A stretch of 64,000 nucleotides of DNA from Candidatus Babeliales bacterium. Lineage in GTDB: Bacteria > Babelota > Babeliae > Babelales > JANWKD01. Positions 21,674 through 31,832 of this stretch are shown here, piece after piece; position 1 is the first letter of the stretch; each line of letters starts with the position of its first letter. Below the pieces are notes generated by a model that saw only the letters and a list, made by a program, of their open reading frames with translations, did not search any database and was not told the DNA's origin. The DNA is taken from contig CAVRJM010000001.1 of the NCBI GenBank assembly GCA_963722075.1, positions 800,001-864,000 of the forward strand. The letters run 5' to 3'. The translations under genes and the position numbers were made by a program.

Positions 21674-22054
21674 ATGGCTAAATTACTTGTTATTAATGCA
21701 TTACCAAAAAATTATTACGATGATTGCCATATTGTAGGATCAATTAGTGTTCCACTTGATAAGTTGGAAGCTTATGCACATACTTTAGATAAAAAAACAC
21801 CTATTGTTGTTTATTGCGCTTCATATAGTTGTCCTATTAGCCAAAAAGCATGGCGCATTTTTAATGCCTTAGGATTTACTTCCGTATGGGCTTATGAAGG
21901 GGGAATGGCGGAATGGAGCCAAAAAGATTTCCCCTGTGCCGGTGTATGCCAACAAGAATCTCTTAATCGGCAAGAAAAGCCTCAAAAGCGCGATACACAA
22001 ACCATCAGCGCAGAAGAGTTGCGCAAAAAAATGGAAAATGAGGGCCTTCTATAA
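21674..22054 (+). CDS. Rhodanese-like domain protein
   Basis: HIVGSISVP, IVVYCAS, YEGGMAEW. Confidence 0.85.
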   Translation: MAKLLVINALPKNYYDDCHIVGSISVPLDKLEAYAHTLDKKTPIVVYCASYSCPISQKAWRIFNALGFTSVWAYEGGMAEWSQKDFPCAGVCQQESLNRQEKPQKRDTQTISAEELRKKMENEGLL

Positions 22055-22150
22055 ACCACCCCCTCCTAAATGCCGTTGCACTTTATTTATAAAAAAAGCA
22101 GACTGATAGAATAAAAAACATAAAAGTAGAATTATAAGGATAGAAGAGCA

Positions 22151-22780
22151 ATGCAAATACAAAAACAAACTCCCATACTACAAAAAGAGCATGACGAATC
22201 AATTTTAGTAGTTAATAGAACTGAATTTTTTAAGCATGAATCAGCATGGACTGGCCTTAAACAAGTTGATTTTGATGCGTACTTAACGTTAATTCAAGAA
22301 AAAAAAGAGTTCTTACCGCGCCCAACAATGGAAACGGATACTAATTACAAACAAATTATTCCTTATTTAGTTTTTTCTCATGATGATCGTTACTTTTTAA
22401 TGCAACGAACTAACCAGCAAACTGAAAGCCGCTTAAGAAACAAATATTCATTGGGTATTGGCGGCCATATACGCAAAGAAGATTTAACCGATAATTCTAT
22501 TTTTTCATGGGCACAACGAGAATTTCATGAAGAAGTTAATTATAAAGACCATTTTACTATCACCCCGCTTGGTATTTTAAATGATGATTCTAATGCCGTA
22601 GGCCAGGTGCATGTTGGCTTTATATTTTTATTACAAGGAACCACTTCAGACATTTCTATAAAATCTGAGCTTAAAAGCGGGCAACTCGTTTCATTAGATG
22701 AATGCTCGTTCCATTTTAATGATATGGAAAGCTGGAGCCAAATTGTATACGAATTTTTAATGCAGCAAAAAAATCGTTAA
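22151..22780 (+). CDS. Predicted NUDIX-family phosphoesterase
   Basis: YKQIIPY, SLGIGGHI, REFHEEV, VGQVHVG, ESWS. Confidence 0.85.
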   Translation: MQIQKQTPILQKEHDESILVVNRTEFFKHESAWTGLKQVDFDAYLTLIQEKKEFLPRPTMETDTNYKQIIPYLVFSHDDRYFLMQRTNQQTESRLRNKYSLGIGGHIRKEDLTDNSIFSWAQREFHEEVNYKDHFTITPLGILNDDSNAVGQVHVGFIFLLQGTTSDISIKSELKSGQLVSLDECSFHFNDMESWSQIVYEFLMQQKNR

Positions 22781-22794
22781 AAAAATTCTAAGCA

Positions 22795-23013
22795 ATGTTT
22801 ATTATTATCGTTGGATCAAAGCAACGCAAGATCTTTAAAAAAGCTCTTGTTGATCGATTTTGCCCGATATGTAACCATCAAGGATTACTATTGTATTCTA
22901 TACAGCAATGGGCGACTTTATTTTTAGTTCCTATTTTCCCGGTGAGTAGAAAAAAATTGTATATCAAATGTCCTCATTGCAATAATGGCTATATTGCTTA
23001 CGATACACCGTAA
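22795..23013 (+). CDS. Zinc-ribbon domain protein
   Basis: CPIC...WATLFLVPIFP...CPHC. Confidence 0.75.
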   Translation: MFIIIVGSKQRKIFKKALVDRFCPICNHQGLLLYSIQQWATLFLVPIFPVSRKKLYIKCPHCNNGYIAYDTP

Positions 23014-24301
23014 CTTTTTAAAAAAGCGTACAGATTTTTAAATATAAAATAATCAATTGCTTCTTTAACTGTCTGCGCGCCATATTTTTTCTCTAACAAA
23101 TCTCGGTGCTTTAAAAACTCATTCACGATAGTAGGGCATGGCGTTTTTGGCCATTGTACTTTAGGTGGCTGCCCATGGGATTCCACCATATTTGAGACAA
23201 GATGCTCGCCAACTTTTTGTAGATCTTTAGCTGCTTTATTTATTTTTGCTATTTCTTGTTTACAATAATTAACAACATCTGTTTTCCCAGCTTTTTGCGC
23301 AGCTTTTGCTAACTTAGCAAATTCATCGGATGTTTTTCTTAGATGATCATATTTATTGGCGACTGTTTGGAAAAATTTATGATGCAGTACCATATCAATC
23401 GCACCATCAAGTAATACTTCAAGCATCTGTGGCCCCGTCAATTTAAAAAAATCGCCAAAATGCATAGAAATGCCAGCCAATGCAACGAGTGTCAATCCTT
23501 TATTAGCTATTTGAAAAAGCGGCATATTTTTGCAAGCAATACTCGCCATAAAACAAATAGCGGACATCATTTCTGGGCTATAGAGCTCGCTTAAATCAAC
23601 GCCATCGTCCAGTAACTCCTGCATCTTTTGCATGCGGAATTCAGGTTCTGTCGGTATTATTTCTTCCATGGTTAATTGCTCCCATGGCAGTCTAAAATTT
23701 CCTGCGGTTACGATGGAATTAAGTCTATTAACACCATCAATCAATAAGTGCGTATTATGTGCCAATGACTTTGCTGCAAATGAAAGGAAATGATCAGAAT
23801 ATATAAGCGCATTATTAAACTGTTCGTAAATATTTTGTGCTCTTCTATGAACTACATTACCTGCTGCTTGGGCATACTTTAAGAGCTCTCTTCCAAATTC
23901 AATATATTGCGATACAATCGTATTATCATTCTGTTGGGCATGGTTATAGGCAATTTCGCCATATAAGAATGCTGTGGCAGCCAATTCACGTGCTGCAGTT
24001 GTTTGGGCATCAGACCATTGCTCAAGCGCATCCGCACAGAAAGATTTAATAGCGCGGGTGTTTTCGTCACCATCATCAATTAATTGCTCATCAGCAGTTG
24101 ATTATAATGCAGTTCTAAATCAGCAATATGTACAATTGCACTTAAATTGGCAGATAGTGGAGATGCCTCTATCGAAAGAACAGCTGACAAGGAAGTAAGT
24201 TTTGCATGTAATTGGTTTAAAGAGTTTTCAAGTGCTTGGTTTGGATATACAAATTGGTTACATACCATTAAGAAGCTGATCATGTACCCTCTCATATTCA
24301 T
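22998..24301 (-). pseudogene. Secreted hypothetical protein with one frameshift near 24100
   Basis: Signal-bearing ORF 24080-24301 joins the frame of 22998-23984, which is open upstream to about 24102 (STADEQLIDDGDENTRAIKSF...). Confidence 0.6.
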
Positions 24302-24315
24302 ATCCTTTTTGTTAA

Positions 24316-24681
24316 TTAAAATAATATACAATTACTTCTAACGGTTTTTACACCCTTATGATAAAATAAGAGGGCATTAATATTGCATTTCATAATAGTT
24401 TCAAAGCATTCATAACTTAGTTCAATTGAACTTTTATTTTTAAAGAAAGTAGTAACGGTACGATGGGGATAATCAAATAAGGCGATTAATTCTGCATCAA
24501 TGGTCATAAAAGGTACCGCATCTGGAGAAACTTGTGCTGTTTTCATTAATCGATCAATAAATTGTTCTCTTTGTGCCCACCGTTTTTTTACTTTTTTTAT
24601 TTGTGATGAAGTAAGCGGTTCCATTGAATATGAAAAATTACCGTATATTATTAGAAATATAAAAATAGAAAATGATTTCAT
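24316..24681 (-). CDS. Secreted CaaX-family protein ending in CILF
   Basis: MKSFSIFIFLIIYGNFSYS-MEPL...VRSNCILF*. Confidence 0.8.
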   Translation of the reverse strand: MKSFSIFIFLIIYGNFSYSMEPLTSSQIKKVKKRWAQREQFIDRLMKTAQVSPDAVPFMTIDAELIALFDYPHRTVTTFFKNKSSIELSYECFETIMKCNINALLFYHKGVKTVRSNCILF

Positions 24682-24752
24682 TAAAATCCCCCTTTCTAAT
24701 GCTTATATAATACCCAATAATAACCATAAGACACAAGAAAACGGAAAAGCCC

Positions 24753-25196
24753 TTAATTAATAATGCATTCTGTTGCTTTGTCCTCATTTCTCACGCTAAC
24801 GTTGTATCTAATGCCTTTTGAATCAGGCAAAGATCGCATGCTTTCGTGGGTAAGAAGCGCTAATTCTTCTTGAGCGAGCGGTGAAGGAGAAATGGCTTTT
24901 AGAAAAATATCAAATTCTATCTCTCTAAAACTTGTTAATTCAGATCCAAAATAAAATATTACCTTGTTTTGAGATGCGTTAAAACATACCTCTAATTGCT
25001 CATTCTTATAATAAACTGGTAGCTTGGCTCGCTGAGCAGATTCCATACATTCCTTGGCAAGCTCCTGCTTACCATTCCAAAGTGCTAATTGATTCAAAAA
25101 AGATTTATCAATTTCTTCGGCATTCATTGAACGTAACGGTAAAAAACCCGTAAGAATCCCCAATAAGATAATAGTTTTAATATTCGTTGCTTGCAT
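24753..25196 (-). CDS. Secreted CaaX-family protein ending in CIIN
   Basis: Signal-MNAEE...WNGKQE...CFNAS...ATECIIN*. Confidence 0.8.
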   Translation of the reverse strand: MQATNIKTIILLGILTGFLPLRSMNAEEIDKSFLNQLALWNGKQELAKECMESAQRAKLPVYYKNEQLEVCFNASQNKVIFYFGSELTSFREIEFDIFLKAISPSPLAQEELALLTHESMRSLPDSKGIRYNVSVRNEDKATECIIN

Positions 25197-25232
25197 ATAC
25201 TTTTTCCTTTCTTTTTTTAGCTTACACAAAAG

Positions 25233-25808
25233 TTAGCTAATGAGACACGTTGCTGCTGCCATTACTGCACTTCCATCATTATATAACTTTTCTTTTGGAT
25301 GAGTATCTCCATTCATTAGATTATTAATTTTAGCTGCACAATCTATTTCAAATAATGCTTGATCTACATCTAACTTTAATGATGCAATCGAATTTATAAT
25401 ATCATCTGTTTCATTTGAAATAACATTTAAGAAAGTATTAAATGGTATTTTGTGATAATCTTCTTGATTATGAAGCGAAATAACATTTTCTTCCGCATTA
25501 AAACTAGCCACTAATTCGTTTGAATTATAGGTAAATGGTTCTCCAGTAGCGCGCGCAAAATCCATACAAAGAATAGCAAGTTTAGTTTTACCATTCCATA
25601 CAATTAACTGCTTTAATAAATATGTATCATGCATTATTGGTAAATCACCCATAGCCACAGCCGTTAATGCTGACGTATCCTCATCAGCCGTAACCATCAA
25701 TGATAACATATTCTCGTCTTTTTTTTCTTCCTGCTCCATAGAAAACAAATAGGAATAATTGAATGTACCACACAACACAATAACCATTCTAATCTTTTTA
25801 GCTGCCAT
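25233..25808 (-). CDS. Secreted CaaX-family protein ending in CLIS
   Basis: Signal-MEQEE...WNGKTK...SFNAE...AATCLIS*. Confidence 0.8.
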   Translation of the reverse strand: MAAKKIRMVIVLCGTFNYSYLFSMEQEEKKDENMLSLMVTADEDTSALTAVAMGDLPIMHDTYLLKQLIVWNGKTKLAILCMDFARATGEPFTYNSNELVASFNAEENVISLHNQEDYHKIPFNTFLNVISNETDDIINSIASLKLDVDQALFEIDCAAKINNLMNGDTHPKEKLYNDGSAVMAAATCLIS

Positions 25809-25834
25809 GCTAGTTCTTTTGCTATTCAAAGAAA

Positions 25835-26230
25835 TTAATATAAATTACAATTCCATCCGGTTCGTGCAGGCGCTTCAGATTTTTCTTCTTTTTTAGCTTC
25901 TTTCTTTCCAGAAATATCATCGAGAAATTTTAATAAAGACTCATAGCTCATTGTTTCATCACCTAAAGATGAATTTAATCTCACGCTATCTTTATCAAAA
26001 ATAGTTGTAAATTTTTCTTGTTGAAACTCAATGCGTTTACCTGTTTCAATAACCTGGTTGCGATAATCGAGAATAATATCTTGTTTACCTTTCCATGAAT
26101 CGAGTAAAAAAACTAATCGCAATGCCTCAAAATCTACTTGACTCGTACGCCCTTGCTCCTGTTCCATACCAAACATGGAAGCCACGAATAATATTCCCAA
26201 TAGATTTCCTAAAAATAATTTCTTTATCAT
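25835..26230 (-). CDS. Secreted CaaX-family protein ending in CNLY
   Basis: Signal-MEQEQ...SWKGKQD...IFDKD...GWNCNLY*. Confidence 0.8.
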   Translation of the reverse strand: MIKKLFLGNLLGILFVASMFGMEQEQGRTSQVDFEALRLVFLLDSWKGKQDIILDYRNQVIETGKRIEFQQEKFTTIFDKDSVRLNSSLGDETMSYESLLKFLDDISGKKEAKKEEKSEAPARTGWNCNLY

Positions 26231-26245
26231 ACAAACTCCTTTGTA

Positions 26246-27340
26246 TTATTGTATATATTTAATACGCCAACCGGCTTCCATATAGTTCTTAACTTCAGTA
26301 AATTTTTCTTTAAATGCGGCATCTAATTCAGTTAATCTAAATGTTCCCTGCGCCGTTCTAATCCACGGATCAATGCCACGGAATTTATTTTTAGCGAGCA
26401 TATCATAATCAGCAGAATCAACACAGTTAATCAATTCTTTAATATGTAATGCTTTTTGTAGATTTTTTTGCAAGAGTTCATCATCTGAATTAATTAATTT
26501 TTCCCATACCATTTCATCAACTGAAAAATGAATCTCATCGCTAGTGATTAAACCAATTGCCAATGCTTGTTTTAAAACAGCTGCCATAATCTCATTGGCA
26601 ACAAAACTATTATAATTATTCCATCCATTTTCATTTTGCATAAAATAGAATGGAATTAAAGCAAATTTTCGCGCATATTCAATGTCAGTAAATATCCACG
26701 CACCTTGTTCTACAATCAAATGATCCAATATATTCTTAATATCTTCTTCAGTAAGCAACTGCTCTACCAAGGCACCTTGCAAATTATATTCTAAACGATC
26801 GGCGCATAATTCAGGCAATTTTTGCTCTAACAATATAAACCCGTCATTCTTATGTAAAATATCATTCACCTTAATATCGTGTTTTTTTAGTAACGCAGGG
26901 ATCGAAGTATTATTAATAAAATGTAAATGATTATGATCTTGATAAGAATCACCCATTTGAGAAACATTAAATAAAAAATCGCCACCATGAGAAAATACCG
27001 TATGAGAAACATCATGTAATAAACCAGCGATTTGTTCATGTAACGAGGCACCGTATTTGCGCAACAACACAAAAACGCCTATTGAATGGTCAAAACGATT
27101 GTAATCTATTTTTTTAATAGTGTAATAATTGGTACCATATTGGCGTATTTTTTTAAGCCGTTGTACATAGGAATCGTTAATCAACTCAATTAATACCGGC
27201 TCATTAATTAAAAAATCACCGTAAATAGTTTCTAGTAATAACGATGGCTTTTGTTCATGTTCGTACGAAGCTTTTATTAAAATACCCATCACAAAAAATA
27301 AACCCATTATGAATAGTATTCGTGAACTTTTTCTTATCAT
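26246..27340 (-). CDS. HD-domain phosphohydrolase with N-terminal signal/anchor
   Basis: RLKKIRQYG, NRFDHSIGV, LLHDVSHTVFSH, LCADRLEY. Confidence 0.85.
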   Translation of the reverse strand: MIRKSSRILFIMGLFFVMGILIKASYEHEQKPSLLLETIYGDFLINEPVLIELINDSYVQRLKKIRQYGTNYYTIKKIDYNRFDHSIGVFVLLRKYGASLHEQIAGLLHDVSHTVFSHGGDFLFNVSQMGDSYQDHNHLHFINNTSIPALLKKHDIKVNDILHKNDGFILLEQKLPELCADRLEYNLQGALVEQLLTEEDIKNILDHLIVEQGAWIFTDIEYARKFALIPFYFMQNENGWNNYNSFVANEIMAAVLKQALAIGLITSDEIHFSVDEMVWEKLINSDDELLQKNLQKALHIKELINCVDSADYDMLAKNKFRGIDPWIRTAQGTFRLTELDAAFKEKFTEVKNYMEAGWRIKYIQ

Positions 27341-27503
27341 AGCTGTTTCCTTTACGATAATATGATTTATTTCTATTAAAAATGAATAGTATAATAAACA
27401 AAAGCGATTCATACAAATTTCTTGTATTATTGCATAAAACTATTTTTATTATGGTATATATAAGAAATATAGTTACCATCTTTATTTTAGTAGAGAAATT
27501 ATT

Positions 27504-28157
27504 ATGAAACTATTTTTAGATACGGCAGATATTGAACAGATTAAACAGTGGGATTATTTGATCGATGGAATAACTACCAATCCTTCTCATTTAACAAAAG
27601 CAGCAAAAAACCCCACGGATCAAATTAAGAAAATAATTGCGCTTCTACCCGATAAAGATATCAGTGTAGAAATAACCAAAAAAAATCCCGCTGATGTTTA
27701 TAAGCAAGCGCACGAAATTGCAGCACTTGCTGAAAATATTGTGGTGAAAATTCCCTGTTATCGTGATTACTATCCAATTATAAACAAACTGGTCCAAGAA
27801 AAAATCAACATTAATATCACCCTTGTTTTTACCTTGGTGCAATCATTACTTATGTGCAAAATGGGCGTGCGTTACATTTCTCCTTTTGTTGGCCGTTGGG
27901 ATGATATTGATGTTGAAGGCGCTGATGTATTATATGAAATACGAGAAATGGTCGATCGCTATGGTTTTGAAACTCAGATTTTAGCCGCTTCATTGCGTCA
28001 TGTTCGCCATGTACATCAGGCTATTGAAGCAGGTGCTGATGTTGCAACGGTACCCCCAAAGGTACTAGAACAAATGTCGGAACATATTTTAACTGATAAG
28101 GGAATGGCAATTTTTGACGCGGATTGGAAAAAGTTATCTATTAACACTTTTCCGTAA
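27504..28157 (+). CDS. tal: Transaldolase / fructose-6-phosphate aldolase family
   Basis: FLDTA, GITTNPS, VVKIP, NITLVF, YISPFVGR, LAASLR. Confidence 0.92.
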   Translation: MKLFLDTADIEQIKQWDYLIDGITTNPSHLTKAAKNPTDQIKKIIALLPDKDISVEITKKNPADVYKQAHEIAALAENIVVKIPCYRDYYPIINKLVQEKININITLVFTLVQSLLMCKMGVRYISPFVGRWDDIDVEGADVLYEIREMVDRYGFETQILAASLRHVRHVHQAIEAGADVATVPPKVLEQMSEHILTDKGMAIFDADWKKLSINTFP

Positions 28158-28160
28158 TCT

Positions 28161-29307
28161 ATGAATTTCAAAAAACTATCCATCGTTTTTGTGACTAATA
28201 ATTATACGCCGTACCAAGGAGGTGTTGTAAGCTCCATTAAACAGCATATACAAGCGCTGCAAGAATTAGGACATACCGTTCATCTTATTACTCTTGATTT
28301 TGTACCTAATATGCAAGATGAACCCCACGTCACTCGTCTTTTTTGTCCTATTCGATTTAACTATAAAACAAATCCCATGGCGGTCCCCTTGCTCCCTAAT
28401 TATTCCGTGCAGAAAATAATTGAACAAATCAATCCTGATATTATTCATGCCCATCATCCTTTTTTACTGGGTAGCGCGGCATTGAAAGCAGCAAAAAAAT
28501 CTACTATTCCTATTGTATTTACGTACCATACGCTCTACCATCATTACCTTCACTATATTCCGCTGCCTCAACCACTCAGTAAAACGTTAGTAGAAAAACA
28601 TGTTGCCTTTTTTTGCAAACAAGTAAATGGCATTATAGCACCCAGCAATGCGGTCAAACAATTAATACAAAAAAAATGTACAACGCCCATACAAGTAATT
28701 CCCAGCGCTATTGCACCATTATTCTTCAATAAAAAAGTTGCCTCAGGTTTAGAAAAATCCTATCAATTTATTAACAGTCAGCAGATTTACCAAAGAAAAA
28801 AATCTTTATTTTTTACTTGATGTTATTGCCCTGCTTAAATCACAACAATTTGTTTTAACATTAGTCGGCTATGGCGCAGAGTATGCTGCTTTAAAAGAAT
28901 ATGCTTATGGGGTAAAAAAACTAAATCCAAACACAGTACGTTTTATTGAACGTCCTTCCACGCATGCATTAGCACAGGCTTATCAACAAGCGGATCTGTT
29001 TCTTTTTTCTTCAACTACTGACACCCAAGGCATTGTTCTTGGTGAGGCAATGGCTTCTGGAACTCCCGTCATTGCACTGGATGGCCCCGGGCAACGCGAT
29101 ATCATTCTTGATGGTATTAATGGTTTTTTAGTTACTAATAAAGAAGAAATGGTGGAAAAAATTAACTCTATAAGCGCTAACCCCTCCTTATTTGGCCAGT
29201 TACAACACCATGCGCATATAACAGCTCAACAATTTCTACCTGAATCTATTATAAATCAGCTCTGTTGCTTCTATCAAAATACGTTAGAAAAAATACCCAT
29301 CCATTGA
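28161..29307 (+). pseudogene. GT4 glycosyltransferase with one frameshift near 28730-28760
   Basis: N-half PYQGGV, DIIHAHHPF, TYHTLY; C-half in another frame LLTVSRFTKEKN...TDTQGIVLGEAMASGTPV. Confidence 0.8.
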
Positions 29308-29365
29308 CAATTTGCAATTTTTACTTAAACTATACTAATATAATCAGAAAAAAAATGAGGTATTT

Positions 29366-31126
29366 ATGTTTTTCTATAGAAAAGTAAGTTTATGCTTATT
29401 ATCAATTATGGTAATTGGTACTTCCTTCCCTATGATGGAAGGAATAAAAAGTTTTAATCCTATTCAATTATTACAAGACAATAAAACTGCTGCATTACTC
29501 ACCGGATTAGGGGTATTGGGTACTAGTATATTTGGCTATACTACGTATAAATTATGGCAACAAAATAAGCAATTAAATCATACTCTTGCGATCAATAATC
29601 AAAGAGCTCAAGCTTTTACCTTTAATTCAAACTTTGTAACCCACAGCAATGAAATGCGCCAACTAAATAGGCAACGTAATCAAGAAATTAACTACTATCA
29701 ACAATTATTACAAAACGGAAACGAAGAAAAGCGAAAGCTAATGGAAGAGATAGAACGTTTACGAATACTCCAGGCGAATCCATTAACCACATCACCTCAA
29801 CCATCTCCTAAAGCTAAGGGAAAGAAAGATAAGGGGAAAGAAAAAGTTGATGACTCAGCGGATGATGCCCTACCAATCATTGATGATGAACCAACAAGCA
29901 ATATTCCTTTTAGCCATTACATTGAACGTGAAAAAGATAAATTAGAACAAGAATTCGTAGAACTTGATGGCGATTATACCGTAAAACAAGAAAACAATAA
30001 TGCAGTTTCGAGTTCAAATAACGTAGATATGTCCGCTTCTTTAAATATAGAATCCTTACTACCCCAGAAAGCTCAAACAAATTATTTTAAAAATTATGAA
30101 TTATCGGGTACAAAAATAATAAATAATCGCATTAATACAGATAAAACAATTGCATTAATTATCATCCATGGAACATTTGTAAACTCTGATGAATATGGCA
30201 AAATAGAAGACTTTGCAATTTCGCAATCATTATTAGAATTTGCTAAAAAATTGGCCCGTGATCAAGAATGCCATGTTGCTTTTACTACATTTAATTGGTC
30301 AGGAGAGCTTAATAGTGCCCACCGTAAAGACGCCGGTTCAGTATTAGCTCAATTTATTAGAGATCATGGTAGTAAAGATCAAGATATTTGGACTATCGAA
30401 CACAGCCATGGTGCAAACGTATTATATCACACATCTGAAGAATTGAGATCATGGGGACCTATTAAATACGCCATTAATATTGCTTCGCCCTTAATTGATT
30501 GCGCAGAGTCTTCTGACCCGATAAAAACAACCCCACGAACTGTTAAAAATGCAGCTAACACGTTGAATATTGAAAATCTCATAAATATATATTCTACCGG
30601 TGACTTAACACAACTTATTGCCTCATGTCAAACCGCATTATTTAAAGGTTCTTATAGCAGTGAACGGCGTGCCCCTTTTATTATGAACACAAATCGTAAA
30701 GTGTGGAATATTCGGTTGCAAGATAATGGCCATGAACTCAATCATCTTTCTATAATAATACCTGCTATCAGGGTATTACCCAAATTATTACCGGTTATTA
30801 AAAGACAATTTGCCCATATCCATGATTTAGATGTAAATAATGATCATCAGCGGCAAGAGCCACAGGTAGTAATTAGGAATCTTATTAGATCTGAAGGCTG
30901 CACCCATGAAGAAATTATTAAAAGTTTAGAATATAGCGATGAAAGCGCACTACAATTTGAAGAAACATATAACAGAAATATTCGTGATAAAGTACAATAC
31001 ACCGTCGTCAAAGTTGTATCGGAAACCAAGGATGCCCTAGCATGTTTAACAGGAAAATTCTGCAGATTGCCATCGGTTAAAGCACTTCTTAGCTATTTCT
31101 CAGAAGAGACTCAGGTGAATAGTTGA
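29366..31126 (+). CDS. Secreted/anchored alpha/beta hydrolase-fold (lipase-like) putative effector
   Basis: Signal-MME, hydrophobic segment, coiled coil, IIHGT, FNWSG, HSHGAN. Confidence 0.75.
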   Translation: MFFYRKVSLCLLSIMVIGTSFPMMEGIKSFNPIQLLQDNKTAALLTGLGVLGTSIFGYTTYKLWQQNKQLNHTLAINNQRAQAFTFNSNFVTHSNEMRQLNRQRNQEINYYQQLLQNGNEEKRKLMEEIERLRILQANPLTTSPQPSPKAKGKKDKGKEKVDDSADDALPIIDDEPTSNIPFSHYIEREKDKLEQEFVELDGDYTVKQENNNAVSSSNNVDMSASLNIESLLPQKAQTNYFKNYELSGTKIINNRINTDKTIALIIIHGTFVNSDEYGKIEDFAISQSLLEFAKKLARDQECHVAFTTFNWSGELNSAHRKDAGSVLAQFIRDHGSKDQDIWTIEHSHGANVLYHTSEELRSWGPIKYAINIASPLIDCAESSDPIKTTPRTVKNAANTLNIENLINIYSTGDLTQLIASCQTALFKGSYSSERRAPFIMNTNRKVWNIRLQDNGHELNHLSIIIPAIRVLPKLLPVIKRQFAHIHDLDVNNDHQRQEPQVVIRNLIRSEGCTHEEIIKSLEYSDESALQFEETYNRNIRDKVQYTVVKVVSETKDALACLTGKFCRLPSVKALLSYFSEETQVNS

Positions 31127-31189
31127 CAAATAGTCCTTATATGATAAAATAATTTATATTTGAATTATAGAAGTATATGGGGGTTATAA

Positions 31190-31780
31190 ATGAACAGTCT
31201 TTTTAAAAAATCATTAATTCTTCTGAGCCTTATTGGTGCTATCAGCAACCTTCAGGCCCATTGGTTTAGTACGATAACTGACACTATTAGAGAAAATAAG
31301 CTTGCTACCTTAATGACAGTTTCTACGGTAGTTTTTGGCATAACAGCTCTTAAATTATGGCAAAATAATAAAAAGTTAAATTGCACTTGGTTACGACAAG
31401 AAAATAATCGCTTACAGAACAATTTGCATCGAATCTCTAGTCTTAATAAAAAACAAGAATCACTTATAAAAGTGCAAGATGCCCTTATAAAAGAAAAAGA
31501 TGCCTCATTGCAAGATTATAAAATTTTTTACAATGAACAAGAAAGAATAATTAAACAGAAAAAATTAAGAATTAAAGCAGAACGAGAGAAAGTTTTTTCG
31601 ATTATTAATGATATTATGCACAATGAAGGGGATCGCCGTCGAAGATTTATTCAAGCAATGACTGGCCAAGAAGCCTCTGTTGATATTATGTCTGATGAAT
31701 TAATGCCTAATATCCCCAAATCAAAATATCATAATGTAATTGGCAGCAAACGCCTACAAAACCTTTTCAATAAACATTAA
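31190..31780 (+). CDS. Secreted coiled-coil protein sharing its N-terminal module with 29366
   Basis: ENKLATL...FGITALKLWQNNKKLN versus DNKTAAL...FGYTTYKLWQQNKQLN. Confidence 0.75.
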   Translation: MNSLFKKSLILLSLIGAISNLQAHWFSTITDTIRENKLATLMTVSTVVFGITALKLWQNNKKLNCTWLRQENNRLQNNLHRISSLNKKQESLIKVQDALIKEKDASLQDYKIFYNEQERIIKQKKLRIKAEREKVFSIINDIMHNEGDRRRRFIQAMTGQEASVDIMSDELMPNIPKSKYHNVIGSKRLQNLFNKH

Positions 31781-31783
31781 TAT

Positions 31784-31808
31784 AACCCTCCTCACGGAGG
31801 GTTTTTAT
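31784..31808 (+). terminator. Intrinsic terminator
   Basis: aaccctcc-tcac-ggagggtt followed by a T run, just after the stop at 31780. Confidence 0.75.
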
Positions 31809-31832
31809 CCTTTTATATGGTATATTATGAGT

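Noticed and set aside
28730..28800. Programmed frameshift or phase variation in the GT4 gene
   Set aside because: Only short A runs are nearby and other indels in the window point to consensus error; undecidable without reads.
31740..31826. N-terminal extension of uvrB
   Set aside because: Overlaps the upstream gene and its terminator; ATGs at 31827-31836 are more plausible.
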